64,000 nucleotides of DNA, taken from Octopus sinensis (Eukaryota). Location: assembly GCF_006345805.1 (NCBI RefSeq), contig NW_021836168.1:1-64000 (forward strand), written 5' to 3'. Positions within the stretch are counted from its first letter, which is position 1; the number at the start of each line of letters is the position of its first letter. The translations under genes were made by a program, and so were the position numbers. The notes beneath the pieces are model-generated. The model worked only from the letters and a program-made list of their open reading frames with translations, ran no database searches and was not told the DNA's origin. Positions 1 to 12,780 of the stretch are shown in pieces.

Positions 1-360
1 TAACGTTTCTAAGTTGGTGGCTGCACGAAAGATATATTCACTGGGTGAACCAAAGAAGACTCTAGTCCAAGAGAAAAAATTCAGCACTTTCTAGAAACGG
101 ATTTAGGTTTGTGAGATAGTAAGAGTTCAACACGATGCGAGATGATTTGATAAGGGGGAATTGATTATTAGCTTCCTTATTAGAGAAAGCGGATGAGAAA
201 TCTAAAACGCAGAAGAAGCAGAGAAAAGAAACGGCGCTTCTATAAACAAATTTCAGGTTAACCTTTCTTTGGATGTGGTCCCAAATATGGCAGCTCTAAC
301 CTAAAGTGGTTCAATTTAGAAGTCAGGAATTGATCACGACTGAAAGATTCGGATATCGAA
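1..360 (-). mobile_element. Degraded LINE ORF2 C-terminal remnant (CR1/L2/Jockey-group like)
   Basis: Minus-strand translation gives SCHIWDHIQRK, resembling the LEYCxHIW...D.IQR. motif downstream of the RT in such LINEs; several stops and frameshifts. Confidence 0.4.
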
Positions 361-371
361 TAAAAATACAA

Positions 372-557
372 GGCGCAGCAGTGGCTGTGTGGTAAGTAGC
401 CTGCTTACCAACCACATGCTTACCAATCACATGGTTCCGGGTTCAGTCCCACCGCGTGGCATCTTGGGCAAGTGTCTTCTACTATAGCCTCGGGCCGACC
501 AATGCCTTGTGAGTGGATTTGGTAGACGGAAACTGAAAGAAGCCTGTCGTATATATG

Positions 558-588
<31 letters not shown>

Positions 589-792
589 TTGTCTCCCTAG
601 CATTGCTTGACAACCGATGCTGGTGTGTTTACGTCCCCGTCACTTAGCGGTTCGGCAAAACAGACCGATAGAATAAGTACTGGGCTTACAAAAGAATAAG
701 TCCCGGGGTCGATTTGCTCGACTAAAGGTGGTGCTCCAGCATGGCCGCAGTCAAATGATTGAAACAAGTAACAGAGTAACAGAGTAACAGAG
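372..792 (+). mobile_element. SINE group A (tRNA-derived head, CORE-like segment, internal TA/TG microsatellite)
   Basis: A/B-box-like head GGCGCAG..GTGGCTGTGTGG..GGTTCAGTCCC, then CTTGGGCAAGTGTCTT, and (AACAGAGT)n tail; about 10 homologous copies in the window. Confidence 0.9.
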
Positions 793-807
793 AAAGCTTA
801 GGAATCT

Positions 808-1028
808 TACGAGTCGAGTGCTGAAAAGTTCCTGACATTTGTGTATCGCGAAAGGTCTGGTTGTAAGTCGAACAGTCCGAGATTTTTTCACAAGGCTTAC
901 AAAAATTGAAGGACCGCTACAATAAGTGTGTGAATCTGAAAGGGGAATATGATGATTAAATCATAATTAAATGAACCTCCTGTATTTTCTTTTACTCAAA
1001 GCCAGGAAATTTTTAGCGCCTCCTTGTA
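808..1028 (+). mobile_element. Non-autonomous mariner deletion derivative (MITE-sized)
   Basis: TA-bounded imperfect TIRs TACGAG..GTGCTGAAAAGTTCCTG / CAGGAAATTTTTAGCGCC..TTGTA; keeps transposase C-terminus GLQKLKDRYNKCVNLKGEYDD*. Confidence 0.8.
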
Positions 1029-1765
1029 TATCATCATCATTGTTCGACTGTGGTCGAGACTTTCATAGTCTTTTCAAAGGCTAATAATGTGTGCGCGCGC
1101 CACTATACACACATTGGAAAGCATTGTACAACCAAGTACTAAAGAAGATCTTTCCTCCTCCATGAAACAAAGCTGTTCCAGCTGGCTGTCTGGGTACAAC
1201 CCAGTATTTCTAAGCTACGGACCGAGTGATTTATTGTAAGGTTATCTCCCTAGATAGATTGCCTTCACTACGGCTAAGGAGCCCTTTCTACCCTTGTATA
1301 TACGTGAGGCGGGCATGTAAGGGCACTAGATAATTACAAGATCTCCTATTTGTGATGACTCTGAGAATTCTACCTGTGTGTCGTTGTCTCTGAAAGTGTT
1401 GTTGTAATTGTTTTTTTTTTGGAGTTATCGTTTAACCCAGGTTAGCCCTCATAGAAAAGGCTCAAGGCCCAAGCATTCCGATTGTAAACATCCCGTCTTT
1501 TTTATGTATACAAAATACTTAAGTCCCCGTTAAACAACGTGACCTTTTCTCTAATACTTTAGGGGCTATTTTGCGGGAGACTTGGTTACAAATTCTATCA
1601 GGCCGATCGACTATCCAGTTGTCTTGTGCACATTATTCGTGTGGTAGAAAGATATATTGCTAAACACGTTTCGCTGATATTTTTTCACAACCATCGCAGA
1701 GCAAACCGCTGCTCAAGACCGTTAGTTCGTGAGATGGTTGTGAACTGTAAACAGCTTTGAGTATG

Positions 1766-1990
1766 AAGCGGAAAGAGAAGTATGAAGACGCAATGCGCAT
1801 GTGCAAACTGGATTCGTAAACCGGAAGAGAAGCATATAAAAATGCAATGGTCAAGTCAAATAAAACGGAAGAGAAGAATAAAAACGCAATGCGCATGTCA
1901 AAATAAAACGGAAGAGGAGAATAAAAACGCAATGTGCATGTCAAAATTTAACGGAAGCGAAGAATAAAAAACGCCATGATCATGTCAAAT
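1766..1990 (+). repeat. Five-unit ~43 bp minisatellite (AAAACGGAAGAGAAGAATAAAAACGCAATGCGCATGTCAAAAT)
   Basis: Five degenerate tandem units visible directly. Confidence 0.9.
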
Positions 1991-2089
1991 AAGTTATATG
2001 ATGATCTGACACCACCATCACCCAGCTCTGCTACAATTTTCTTGTTTATTCTTATACATTTTATTTTTTCAGTTAGAGGGTTGCCTCCA

Positions 2090-2317
2090 TGCTGGGTCAG
2101 AAACGTTAGCACGCCGGGCGAAATGCTTAGTGGTATTTCGTCTGCCGTTAGGTTCTGAGTTCAAATTCCGCCGAGGTCGACTTTGCCTTTCATCCTTTCG
2201 GGGTCGATTAAATAAGTACCAGTTACGCACTGGGGTCGATATAATCGACTTAATCCGTTTGTCTGTCATTGTTTGCCCTCTCTGTGTTTAGCCCCTTGTG
2301 GGCAGTAAAGAAATAGG
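2090..2317 (+). mobile_element. SINE group B (tRNA-like head, CTTTGCCTTTCATCCTTTCGGGGTCGAT central domain)
   Basis: Matches other B copies; ends AAAGAAATAGG. Confidence 0.9.
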
Positions 2318-2539
2318 CTTTAGCGAATAAATTGTCTCCAGCAGATCTTTTTAAAGTATGGTACGTATTTTATCGGTCATTTGCGCCGAATGACTAACTT
2401 ACAGGGATGTAAACATAAATACGAAAACCATTTGGGGAGCGGTAGGAACGAACACAGGCTCAAAAACACGCACACACACACACACACATACACACTCACA
2501 CATACATACACACTCAACATGTACATTTTTAATTCAGAT

Positions 2540-2690
2540 AGGCGCAGGGGTGGCTGTGTGGTAAGAAGCTTGCTTCCCAACTATATGCTACCGGGTTCAG
2601 TCCTACTGCGGGGTACCGTGTTCAAATCTCTTCTACTATAGCCTGGAGCCGATCAAAGCCTAGTGAGCGGATTTCGTAGACCGAAACTCA
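2540..2690 (+). mobile_element. SINE group A, 5' half
   Basis: GGCGCAGGGGTGGCTGTGTGGTAAGAAGC... head homologous to 372-540. Confidence 0.8.
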
Positions 2691-2749
2691 ACCCAATAAA
2701 TATATTACGTGTATATGTCTGCCATGTACATTTATATAGGATATGCATG

Positions 2750-2780
<31 letters not shown>

Positions 2781-2986
2781 ATATATATAATATATATAAG
2801 TATATGAAAGAATGGAGTTGAACGACTAGTTAACAAATATCCTTTATTCTCGACATATGTTTCGAAGGCTGCATATTCCTAATTCCTAATTAGGCTGCAT
2901 ATTCCTAATTCTGATGTGAATTTGCTACCCAGGTATCGGTTATCTTTCGAATTATCCTTAATAAGATAATTCATTCAACTACTCAA

Positions 2987-3041
<55 letters not shown>

Positions 3042-3547
3042 GATATATAAATGTATAATGTATAAATGAATGCATGTTTGCATATAAAAAACGACAGAAT
3101 CGTTAAAATGTTCAATACAATAACTCGCAGCATTTGTCCCGACTCCCTGCATTCTGAGTTGAAATACCAATGAGGTTAATTTCTCACCTTTCATTCTTTC
3201 GAAATTGAAAATATTCCATCCTGGGGCAGTGAATTAACAGGCCTGTTAGAGAATCGGATGAGGAAATTTACAGTATCTGTTCTACTTCTTTATATTCTGA
3301 CAGTAACGCCTATGGCATCAGCTGTACCAGATTGTATCGATTCAAATCGTTGGCTTTTCCCTTAGATAACATCCGTGTCACGGAGACGCTAGGGGTTGTA
3401 TCCATGAGCAAATACTAGACGTCCTCGAGAAATATTGTCCAACTTTCCACATGAACGTTAGATGCACGGTCAACAATGACTGACAAAATTTTTATGCTGT
3501 AAAAGTTTCTAAAACATATAACGCTAGATAAGTTGTACTAAGTAATA

Positions 3548-3975
3548 TTGGTTTAAAATTTTGGCACAATGCCAGCAATTTCGGGAGGAGGGCTAAGTCG
3601 ATTACATCGACCCCAGTGTTCAATTGGTACGTATTTTATCGACCCTGAAAGGATGAAAGATGAAATCAACCGCGGCAGAATTTGAACTCAGAATGTAAAG
3701 TTCGACGAATTGCCGCTAAGCATTTCGCCCGGAGTGCTAACGGTTCTGCCAGTTCACCGCCTTAATTTATGCTACATAATATTGGTTCCAAGTTTTGGCT
3801 CAAAGCCAGAATTTTCGGTAAAGGAGCTAAGTCGATTACATCGACCCCAGTGTTCACCTGGTACTTATTTTATCGACCCCGAAAGGATAAAAAGCAAGGT
3901 TGATACCAACGGCATTTGAACTCAGAACGTAAAGACGAACAAAAAGTCTCTAAGCATTTTACCGGGCTTGCTATA
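3548..3975 (-). mobile_element. Two adjacent SINE group B copies with an alternative 3' tail
   Basis: 3548-3765 and 3778-3975 share the B head and centre but end in ...CTGGC.TTGTGCCAAAATTTTAAACCAATA-type tails. Confidence 0.8.
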
Positions 3976-4165
3976 GAGACGTTAATTACTTACAGGTAAA
4001 CTACAAACAAATAGACTGTTAGGCGGAGAGACAGGTATAGATATATAGAGAGATAAACTTACGCATATAAATCTAAGGTCGCATGTGCATACACAAACAC
4101 AAATAGTGTCATAGAAAAAATACATGCTCAACAAGCACATTCACAAATTATATTATTTTATAATT

Positions 4166-4197
<32 letters not shown>

Positions 4198-4199
4198 TA

Positions 4200-4233
<34 letters not shown>

Positions 4234-4412
4234 AATTATTAGAGAGTTATCCACTATGTGGATAACTCTCCTAAAATAGCTCCGAAGCAACCACAGAAGA
4301 TCCGTTCCAACTAGAATCAACACACATTAATGAAGGAAAGTGAAATACAACGAATAAAATAGATTGACTCTATACAATTTATATATAATATATTATATAT
4401 ATATATATATAT

Positions 4413-4767
4413 ACAACTTATAAATAGGGCAAACGAAAAAATTTCTAATGCCAAATATGCCGAAATTGGACATATTGTCCATAACCATATCATATTCACA
4501 ATACGCACGCTACTCGAAAAAGATCGACAGAAATTTCTAAAAAAATCCAGTATTACCATTTCGGACTGATTTCAGTGTTAGTTCATAAGAACCCTCCCTT
4601 ATGAACTAACCCTGAAATCAGTCCGATATGGTAATAATGGATTTTTTTAGAAATTTCTGTCGATTTTTTTCGAGTATTGTGAAAAATTATATGGTTATGG
4701 ACAATATGTCCAATTTCGGCATATTTGGCATTATAAATTTTTTCGTTTGCCCTTATTTATAAGTTGT
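4413..4767. repeat. Long inverted repeat (about 177 bp arms, 8 nt spacer) beside (TA)n
   Basis: ACAACTTATAAAT...GTTCATAAG [AACCCTCC] CTTATGAAC...ATTTATAAGTTGT; arms roughly 90% identical. Confidence 0.95.
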
Positions 4768-4869
4768 TTATAAATTTAACCTTTAAAGGTATTTTTTTAA
4801 TATGTTGGCCATTGATAAAATTTTTTTTCGAAAAAATTTTATCCTACATTAGATATGTATGTATGTATT

Positions 4870-4905
<36 letters not shown>

Positions 4906-5459
4906 ATTGTATACATACACACACGGGTACACATATGTGCGTTAGTGCACGCGCGAATAATTTTGTATTTATGTACACATGTCTGAATATCCGTGTGCGC
5001 ATACTTCTGTGTGCATATGTATATATATGTGTGTGTGTGTGTGTGTGTTTATGTGCGTGTGTATGTATATTCGCATGTACTGTTAAATTGAATGATACGC
5101 TTAATGAATATACTTTACTTGTGACCCATGTCTGGAATATCCAAAACCCCTTCCCGCAAACCCTACTGTTTTAGACAAAACACTTTTTCTAGGCCAGAAC
5201 TAAATATGTTAACGCATTTTTTATTGGTTCATCCTTTTGCTCTCACCGTTTACATCTTTCGTTTTTTTGGGTTTTTTTATGTTTTTCTCCACCTATTTTT
5301 TTTTCTCCCTTTCCATTCGTTATTGATTTTTTTATATACATTTATCAATTATATTATTTATTTATTTATTTTGTTGGCTCATGTCATCACCTGATATTTT
5401 GCTGCTTTTGTTGTTTTTGCTATTGTCCTAGTTGTCATAGATTTGCTGTACTCAGATTT

Positions 5460-5714
5460 TTCTCTTCCTCTTCTCCTCCACGTTCTTCTTCTTCTTCTTC
5501 TTCTTCTTCTTCTTCTTCTTCTTCTTCTTCTTCTTCTTCTTCTTCTTCTTCTTCTTCTTCTTCTTCTTCTTCTCCTTCTTCTTCTTCTTCTTCTTCGTCT
5601 TCTTCTTCTTCTTCTTCTCCTCCTCCTCCACCTCCTCATTCTTCTCCTTCTTCTTCTTCTTCTTCTCCTTCTTCTTCTTCTTCTTCTTCGTCTTCTTCTT
5701 CTTCTTCGTCGTCT

Positions 5715-5758
<44 letters not shown>

Positions 5759-5900
5759 TTCTCCTTCTTCTTCGTCTTCTTCTTCTTCTTCTTCTCCTCC
5801 TCCTCCACTTCCTCATTCTTCTCCTTCTTCTTCTTCTTCTTCTCCTTCTTCTTCTTCTTCTTCTTCGTCTTCTTCTTCTTCTTCTTCTTCTTCTTCTTTT
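5460..5900 (+). repeat. (TCT)n polypyrimidine microsatellite with duplicated sub-blocks
   Basis: Direct observation; source of the poly-L/R/K pseudo-ORFs. Confidence 0.95.
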
Positions 5901-6129
5901 ATTTCTTATTTTTTTTGTCCACTTCATATATTTTCTCCACGTAGGTATTTTTGTTTCTTCTTATTTATATATCGACTAGATTTTTTTTTTTCTTTCTTTA
6001 TTTAAACCTAAGATTATCTCCAGTAGATTCCAAGACAATTCTTTTCCTATCAAAACCAATCCTTCGCCACCCACCAAAAATCAAAACAAAAAACGACGAA
6101 AAATAAATGATGAAATAATAATAATAATA

Positions 6130-6166
<37 letters not shown>

Positions 6167-6299
6167 GATGATGAGCAAAAAATAAAGTTTCAAGCAGAAA
6201 AAAAACTACGGAAAATAAACAGATAAAAATATGATAATAGGAAAATTCATGTAAAGAAAGAAATCACATACAAGCGCTGACATAACAACGCACAAATTT

Positions 6300-6609
6300 T
6301 ACATCTACATATATATATACATACATACACATATATATATATACATATGTGTGTATTTGTGTATATATATGTGTGTATATATATATGTGTATATATATGT
6401 GTATATATATGCGTGTATGTATATATATGTGTGTATGTATATGTATGTGTGTATATGTATGTATGTATGTGTATATGTATGTGTATATGTATGCATGTAT
6501 GTATATGTATGCATACATGTATATATATATATATGTGTGTGTGTATATACATATATATTCGCACATCCATAAATAAGGGTAAGAAATGAGAAATGAACAA
6601 TAAGCTAAG

Positions 6610-6640
<31 letters not shown>

Positions 6641-6670
6641 ATATACATGCGTATACACATGCACTCACAC
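6300..6670. repeat. Compound (TA)n/(TG)n microsatellite
   Basis: Direct observation. Confidence 0.95.
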
Positions 6671-7237
6671 ACACAAACGTAAAAAAAAGCATTGAGTAAA
6701 CAAAGAATTTGTGGCAAGATTGTCGTTAATCTAAGATCTCTTCTTTCTAATATGATGGTGGCTGTCTTTATTGTCTCTCTCTCCTTTGGGCTACTAACGG
6801 AACCGTTTTATTTTCACACCGATCCGAATCTGTTCGCCCCTCAAGCAATGTAATATAATACTTGCTTGGACATAGACGCTTAGTAAATTTGACAACTCCA
6901 AGAAACGGCTCACTGCGTAAGAATTGCCAACAAACAACTAATGGCAAAATTCCGAGTCTTGCAAAAACCATTCTGGAACTCATCACCTTTCTGTCAAAGA
7001 ACTAAATACCGCCTGGATCCAATTCTTATTTATTTTCTAGTTTATTCTATTTATTTAGTGCATTTCTTTATTTGTTATTGGCTAATTTTCCCCCTTATAT
7101 CTTCGTATCGGTAACCTACGTACATATATAAATACATAAATATATACATATATACAGGCATATATTTGTTGTACTAATATAAGTATCATATATGTATATG
7201 ATATATATAATATATCTAAACAGATACATACATATAT

Positions 7238-7272
<35 letters not shown>

Positions 7273-8065
7273 TATATATATATATAATGCTAAAACCAAA
7301 TAAATACAAAAAAGACAAATACAAAAGTACAAGAGACGTTCAAAGTTATAATGCACACACACATACACACCGTGCGCACACACACACAATGCATACACAC
7401 ACACACACACATACACATGTAGGTCTTATTGTTCGTTTAAATTCACCTTTCCTATCCTTTTTTTTTTCTTGTGCCCATTTTTTGCATCTTTTATATTTTA
7501 ATGTGTGTGTGTGTGTGTGTGTGGTGACAGATAAGAAATGATTGACAGAATAAATTGATGTTGCTCGTCACACACTCTTATACTTACAAGTATGTCTTTG
7601 TGGATGTGTGTTCATGTGTACACGTGTATGTGTGCATGTGTGTGAGTGTATATATATGTGTATATATATATATATATGAAACCCGCTGTAGGTGTTGTCT
7701 CCATTGTACATGGATGACCCGTCTGCGTGCTATGGTTTCAATCCAATACTCTCTGCAAAGATGCTACACAGCTTTCTCACATTATTTACTTACGTGTTTT
7801 TTATCCTCTATTCGTAGCACTGGAGGTGATAAATACTAATTAGAAATGTCCTATCGCAAATGGTATCTGTGCACCCTAGCGTCTGTATGTACGAATGTAA
7901 TGCGCATGTGATTCATTAATTCAATGAGTTAGACAAAATTCATTTTGACTCGTTACTTTTAACAGAACATTAACATTTAAACCAAGCACTTTATATTTTT
8001 ATTGTTTGTTGTTTATCTACAGGAATTATCTATCCGCTATCTGTCTATCGATACATTATCACACA

Positions 8066-9316
8066 TACCAGAGGATGCCAAAAATTATCTGCAGTTTCAC
8101 CAAAATTTTCTTTAGTTAGGCCGCACTGCCTTCAGGGCAATCATACTATAAGGTGATATTCTGGAGGTTACATAATCGAGGTTTGACCCTGATCGCTCCA
8201 GTTTTCTTTTTTCATGTTACAGAGTAAGTGTGGCCGTTCCGTTAGCATCGTGCTACTTAGGAAGAACAGAGAGCGATGATCCGATTTCTCTGTTCTGAAC
8301 GTGTGTGAAGAGTTGAAATTCATTCGCAGGTTTTCAGTACAATAGGGGACAGCACTGTACCGCGTAGAAGAGTGTATGAATGCATCGAGAAATTTAAAAA
8401 ATAGGCGGACAAGAGTGAAGCACGAAGAGGCAGCAAGGGCACCCACCAACATCCATCACTGACGTGAAGATTCAATAGATGGTTCTCGAGAGATGGGTCT
8501 GGCGAACAGAACATAGTTGAGATGGCATGTTCTCTGCAAATTAGTATCATTCTGCATACGAAATAATCTACGATTTCTGTAAAATCTGTGCGAGATGGGT
8601 GTTTAGAGAGCTCACCGAAACACATAAACGCAATCGTGTGGAGATCTGTCAACGCTTACTCGACCACCAAAAATATGAAGGCAAAGCTTTTTTGGAGAAA
8701 AATCGTGGGGGATGAGACCTGGGTCTATCACTTTGAGCCGGAATCCAAAAGGGAGTGTATGGCATGGAAACACCGAAATTGTCAACGAAAAAGTAATTCA
8801 CGACTCAATCTTCCGCAGAAAGTGTTGGTAACCGTTTTGCGAGTCACAAAATGGCTTGTGCTGGAACAATACATGGAAAGGGAGTCTGGCCAACAAACTG
8901 AAGCCAACGATTCCTACCAAATACCGAGATCTGTTGTCAAAGCAGGAGTCATTGTTGCATGACAATGTACGCCAACATACAGCCACCAACAACGTTGAAA
9001 TCATTGAAAAGATTTGGTCTAGAGTTGCTTGAACAGCCTGATTACAGTCCAGATTTCGCTCCTTCTTACTATCACCTTTGGGCCACCAAAACGTCCTTTA
9101 CGACGTCGTCGATTTGCAGCAGGAAGCGGTATGAATGGCTGGGTAACCAACCTGAAACTTTCTCCACCGATGGAATAAGCAAGCTTGTACACCGGCGGAT
9201 GAAATGCATGGAAAAGCAGAGACTGTATTGCAAAATGAAGTATTTGTTCAACACTTGCTTTTGTTTTAATAAATTACAGAAACAAGAGTGCTCACAATTT
9301 TTGGATTACCTTCATA
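8066..9316 (+). mobile_element. Degraded mariner element with pseudogenised transposase
   Basis: Fragments ICARWVFRELT, IVGDETWVYHFEPESKRE, LLHDN, PDYSPDFAPSYYHL; imperfect TIR-like TA ends; many frameshifts. Confidence 0.9.
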
Positions 9317-9585
9317 TTTAAATAGATAGTTAGGTAGATAGATAGATTGCTAGATTCATACATACATACACACACTCTCTCACACACACACACACACTGG
9401 TGCCTAGCTGCATCAGCTTTTGCCTTTCCCTTGAATAACACAGGTGGAGTGGAAAGGCTGGTATCCATGGGTGACTGCTGGTCTTCCAACCTTGCTCGGA
9501 CTTGTGCCTCGAAGTGTAATTTTCTAGGTCAATCATGACTGGATAGGGTCTTTACCCTTTATGTATGTATACCGTATATATGTAT

Positions 9586-9965
9586 CTCCGTTACGACTAC
9601 GAGGGTTCCAGTTGATCCGATCAACGGAACAAGCCTGCTCGTGAAATTAACGTGCAAGTGGCTGAGCACTCAACAGACACGTGTACCCTTAACGTAATTC
9701 TCGGAAGATTCAGTGTGACAAGTCTGGCCCTTTGAAATACGGGTACAACAGAAACAGAAAGAAAGACTGAAAGAAAGTTGTGGTGAAAGAGTACAGCAGG
9801 GTTTGCGACCACCACGTACCGGAGGCTCGTGGGACCTTTGGAGGCTTAGGTGTTTCCTTGCACAGGGAATTCACACTCATCAACACTCCACTGGTCTGGG
9901 AATCCAAACCGTGATCCTACGACCGCGAGTCCGCTGCCCTAGCCACTGGGCCACTGCGTTGCCAC
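9586..9965 (-). mobile_element. SINE group C
   Basis: Head ..CAGTGGCCCAGTGGCTAGGGCAGCGGACTCGCGG and tail ..GGATCAACTGGAACCCTCGT; homologous to 17308 and 59055 copies. Confidence 0.9.
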
Positions 9966-11250
9966 ATATATGTATGTATGCGTGAATTCTATATGTATGT
10001 GAAAACATTTAGTGGTCGGTGGTCTGTAGAAAATCTACCGATAGCTGTTCAGGCTTTTTTGATATTTTCCCTAGATGATCCGGTAACTTATTTACAATGG
10101 TTTTGTGTAAAATAAAACATATTACGTTTTATTTCGTACGAATAACTACGGATTTCCTGCAAATGAATGTGAACCTACGATCCCTAAGCAAATATTAGAA
10201 TACTTTACCCATTCGAACATACCTTACCTCTATGTGCAGATATCAACATGCGCTAGTCATATAATGAGTTAACATTTGTACTTGTTTGCATGGGTATGTA
10301 TGCATGTATGGATGTTTCCCTATGTATTTGCACGTGTGTGTATATAGATATATACACGCATAACTCTACCTGTGCTGCTGTATGAATGTGTGAGTGTGTG
10401 AGCGTGAGCATGTGTGTTAGTGGGGCGATGAATACGTCCCTAAATAACTACATGAAAAGGGAATCGTCAGTAACGCTCCAGCGAACCAATGGATTTCGAG
10501 ACATTGCTCTCCTTAGCTTGGTTTATTAGCAACTGTATAAGTTTGCTGCTATGTGAACGGGGGCTTACACTAATGTAAACTAATGAGCAGCTTGTAACTG
10601 TCCGATGTTCCCAATTAAAATCTCTGCTGATAGACAATTGATGCTGGAATCATGTTCCATTTATAACTGAAGTCAAACAAGGATGTTTTATTGCTCTACT
10701 TAGAGCACAGACAAAGACAAAACAAAAACAAATAATTTCCAGCAAAAAGAAACTACCAGAAAACAAAAATTCTTGGACGAAATTGAAGAAACAGATTCGC
10801 CCTACATTCCAAGAAGTTCCATAAATATTAATTGTTAAGTAATTACTTTAGTTGTAGTAGTTACAGTAATTCTAGTAGTTGTAACTGGTGTTGTTTCTTC
10901 TGAAGGTGAAGCGAAACGAAAATAAATTTTAGAAAATAGAATACCTTAGTCAACATGAAGAAATAGGTGAAAAGAGAATGTTTCACAGGAAATATGGTAT
11001 CACAAGTATGTGTAATTTCCCTTCTTTGTCAACTATGACATAAACAACTCTTCACTCAAACCAATACTTTATAGCATTAGGCGTCAGTAAAGAATGCAGT
11101 GGATTATTTATGGTGCAGTGTGGCGTGGTAGAGGTGGGAGAAGGGAGGGGCAAGAATTTAGGGCTAATATATTTGTATGGTTGTTCGTATACATAGACAT
11201 GTATATACATATGTACGTATGTTCATATAGACGTAGATATATATATATAC

Positions 11251-11281
<31 letters not shown>

Positions 11282-11502
11282 CGTATGTATATATGTATAT
11301 AAATACATACACACACACACACATATATATATATATAGATACGTATGTATATATGTATATAAATACATATACATATATATATATATGTATGTATATATAC
11401 ATAAATAAAATGGACATTAATAAAAAAAAAGAATTTCCTATAACCTCGAATTTCTGTTTTCTTGTAAGTAGGTCTGAAAATACCTTGTGCAAATATAGAT
11501 AA

Positions 11503-11565
<63 letters not shown>

Positions 11566-12029
11566 TAATTGTACACATTTATTTGTTCTTGGAAACGTAT
11601 CTAAGTGCACGTGTAGGTCACTGTACATATGCCTATAAGACTCTGTGTGAGTGTGTGTGTGTGCGCGCGCGCAAGTATGTTCTTGAGTGATATTGTACAT
11701 GCGTGTGAGTATATCCATGTGCATGCTTGTATTTTCATTAGCCTGAATGTTTGTGAGTGTCTGTGTGTGGGCGCGTCCGTGAGTGGGGGGGGGCGTGCGT
11801 TTGTCTTCATATGTGTGTCATTTGAAGTACATCGAAAACTGGAAGGAACTAAATTTAGAATTGTAATTTATTTTATATTGTTTTATGTTCGTTTCAAAGA
11901 GCGAACTAATCACACAACGTATCTAATTGCTGGTAAACACACTATAAATACTAATATATATACGAGATATGACAAACTAATACGTCAAAAATATCCAAAA
12001 ATACCTCATACTAAAATATCAAATAAAAC

Positions 12030-12710
12030 TTAAACCCGAAGTAGAATGACTGGACCGGATCCGCAGGAGTAAACTAACACCGGAAGCTGCAGAGTTAACC
12101 TTAAATGTCAAAGGTCAACTATTTTCTTTCAGTAATCTCTTCATATTTGTCATTTTATATTTGGTTATATTTGACATTCTGTGTGGTACAAAGTCAGTAT
12201 TTTGGTATGTGGTTTACGCGTTAGAAACTCTTTGTAAGCTATATTCAGTGTCCTTTATGAAGTGGGTGTGCTATTGAAGTTTTCATTTCCACTAAAGGAT
12301 TCAAAGTGAACATTGGCACTTGGTATGAATATGATTTCATAGTCTGGATATAGAACTGGAGGTTTCGAAGCAGTTGTCCATGGCTATCCTTTTTTCTTTG
12401 ATTTTCAAAGAGATATTTATATTTACAGGGCCTCTAACCCCCTGTGTTATTTATATCTGCGGGGCCTCCGACCCCTCCACCCCAAATAACAATATCCGGC
12501 CTGTTACGCTTAAGTTTTGAATAGTAACCACTTTTAATGCGGTGGATATTGAAACGGAGATTTTTGAGAAATTTGTCATTTTGTAGTTCTCATTTCCACC
12601 AAAGAATTCCAAGTGAGGATTAGGACTTAAGCTGTGAGTAGTAACCAGTTGTAATGTAAAGGGTATTGGTATTGAAACGAAGATTTTTGAGCATAAAATA
12701 GATAAAAGTA
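12030..12710 (-). mobile_element. R4/Dong-type (RLE) non-LTR retrotransposon 3' fragment
   Basis: KRNRPDIVIW and GQLLRNLQ.LYPDYEIIFIP restriction-like endonuclease motifs across frameshifts; homologous to 17700-18035. Confidence 0.75.
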
Positions 12711-12780
12711 TTCAATGAAATAAATGCATTCTGTTTAAATGACTGCATATTTTTTTTGTATATATATAAATATATATAAA

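Noticed and set aside
4247-4265. Inverted DnaA-box-like TTATCCAC/GTGGATAA
   Set aside because: Simply the arms of a hairpin; no bacterial origin context
5379-5979. Poly-R, poly-L and poly-K ORFs
   Set aside because: (TCT)n microsatellite artefacts; the same applies to YI/CV/HT-repeat ORFs throughout the window
6768-6986. 72-aa minus-strand ORF in unique sequence
   Set aside because: No recognisable motif and a length expected by chance
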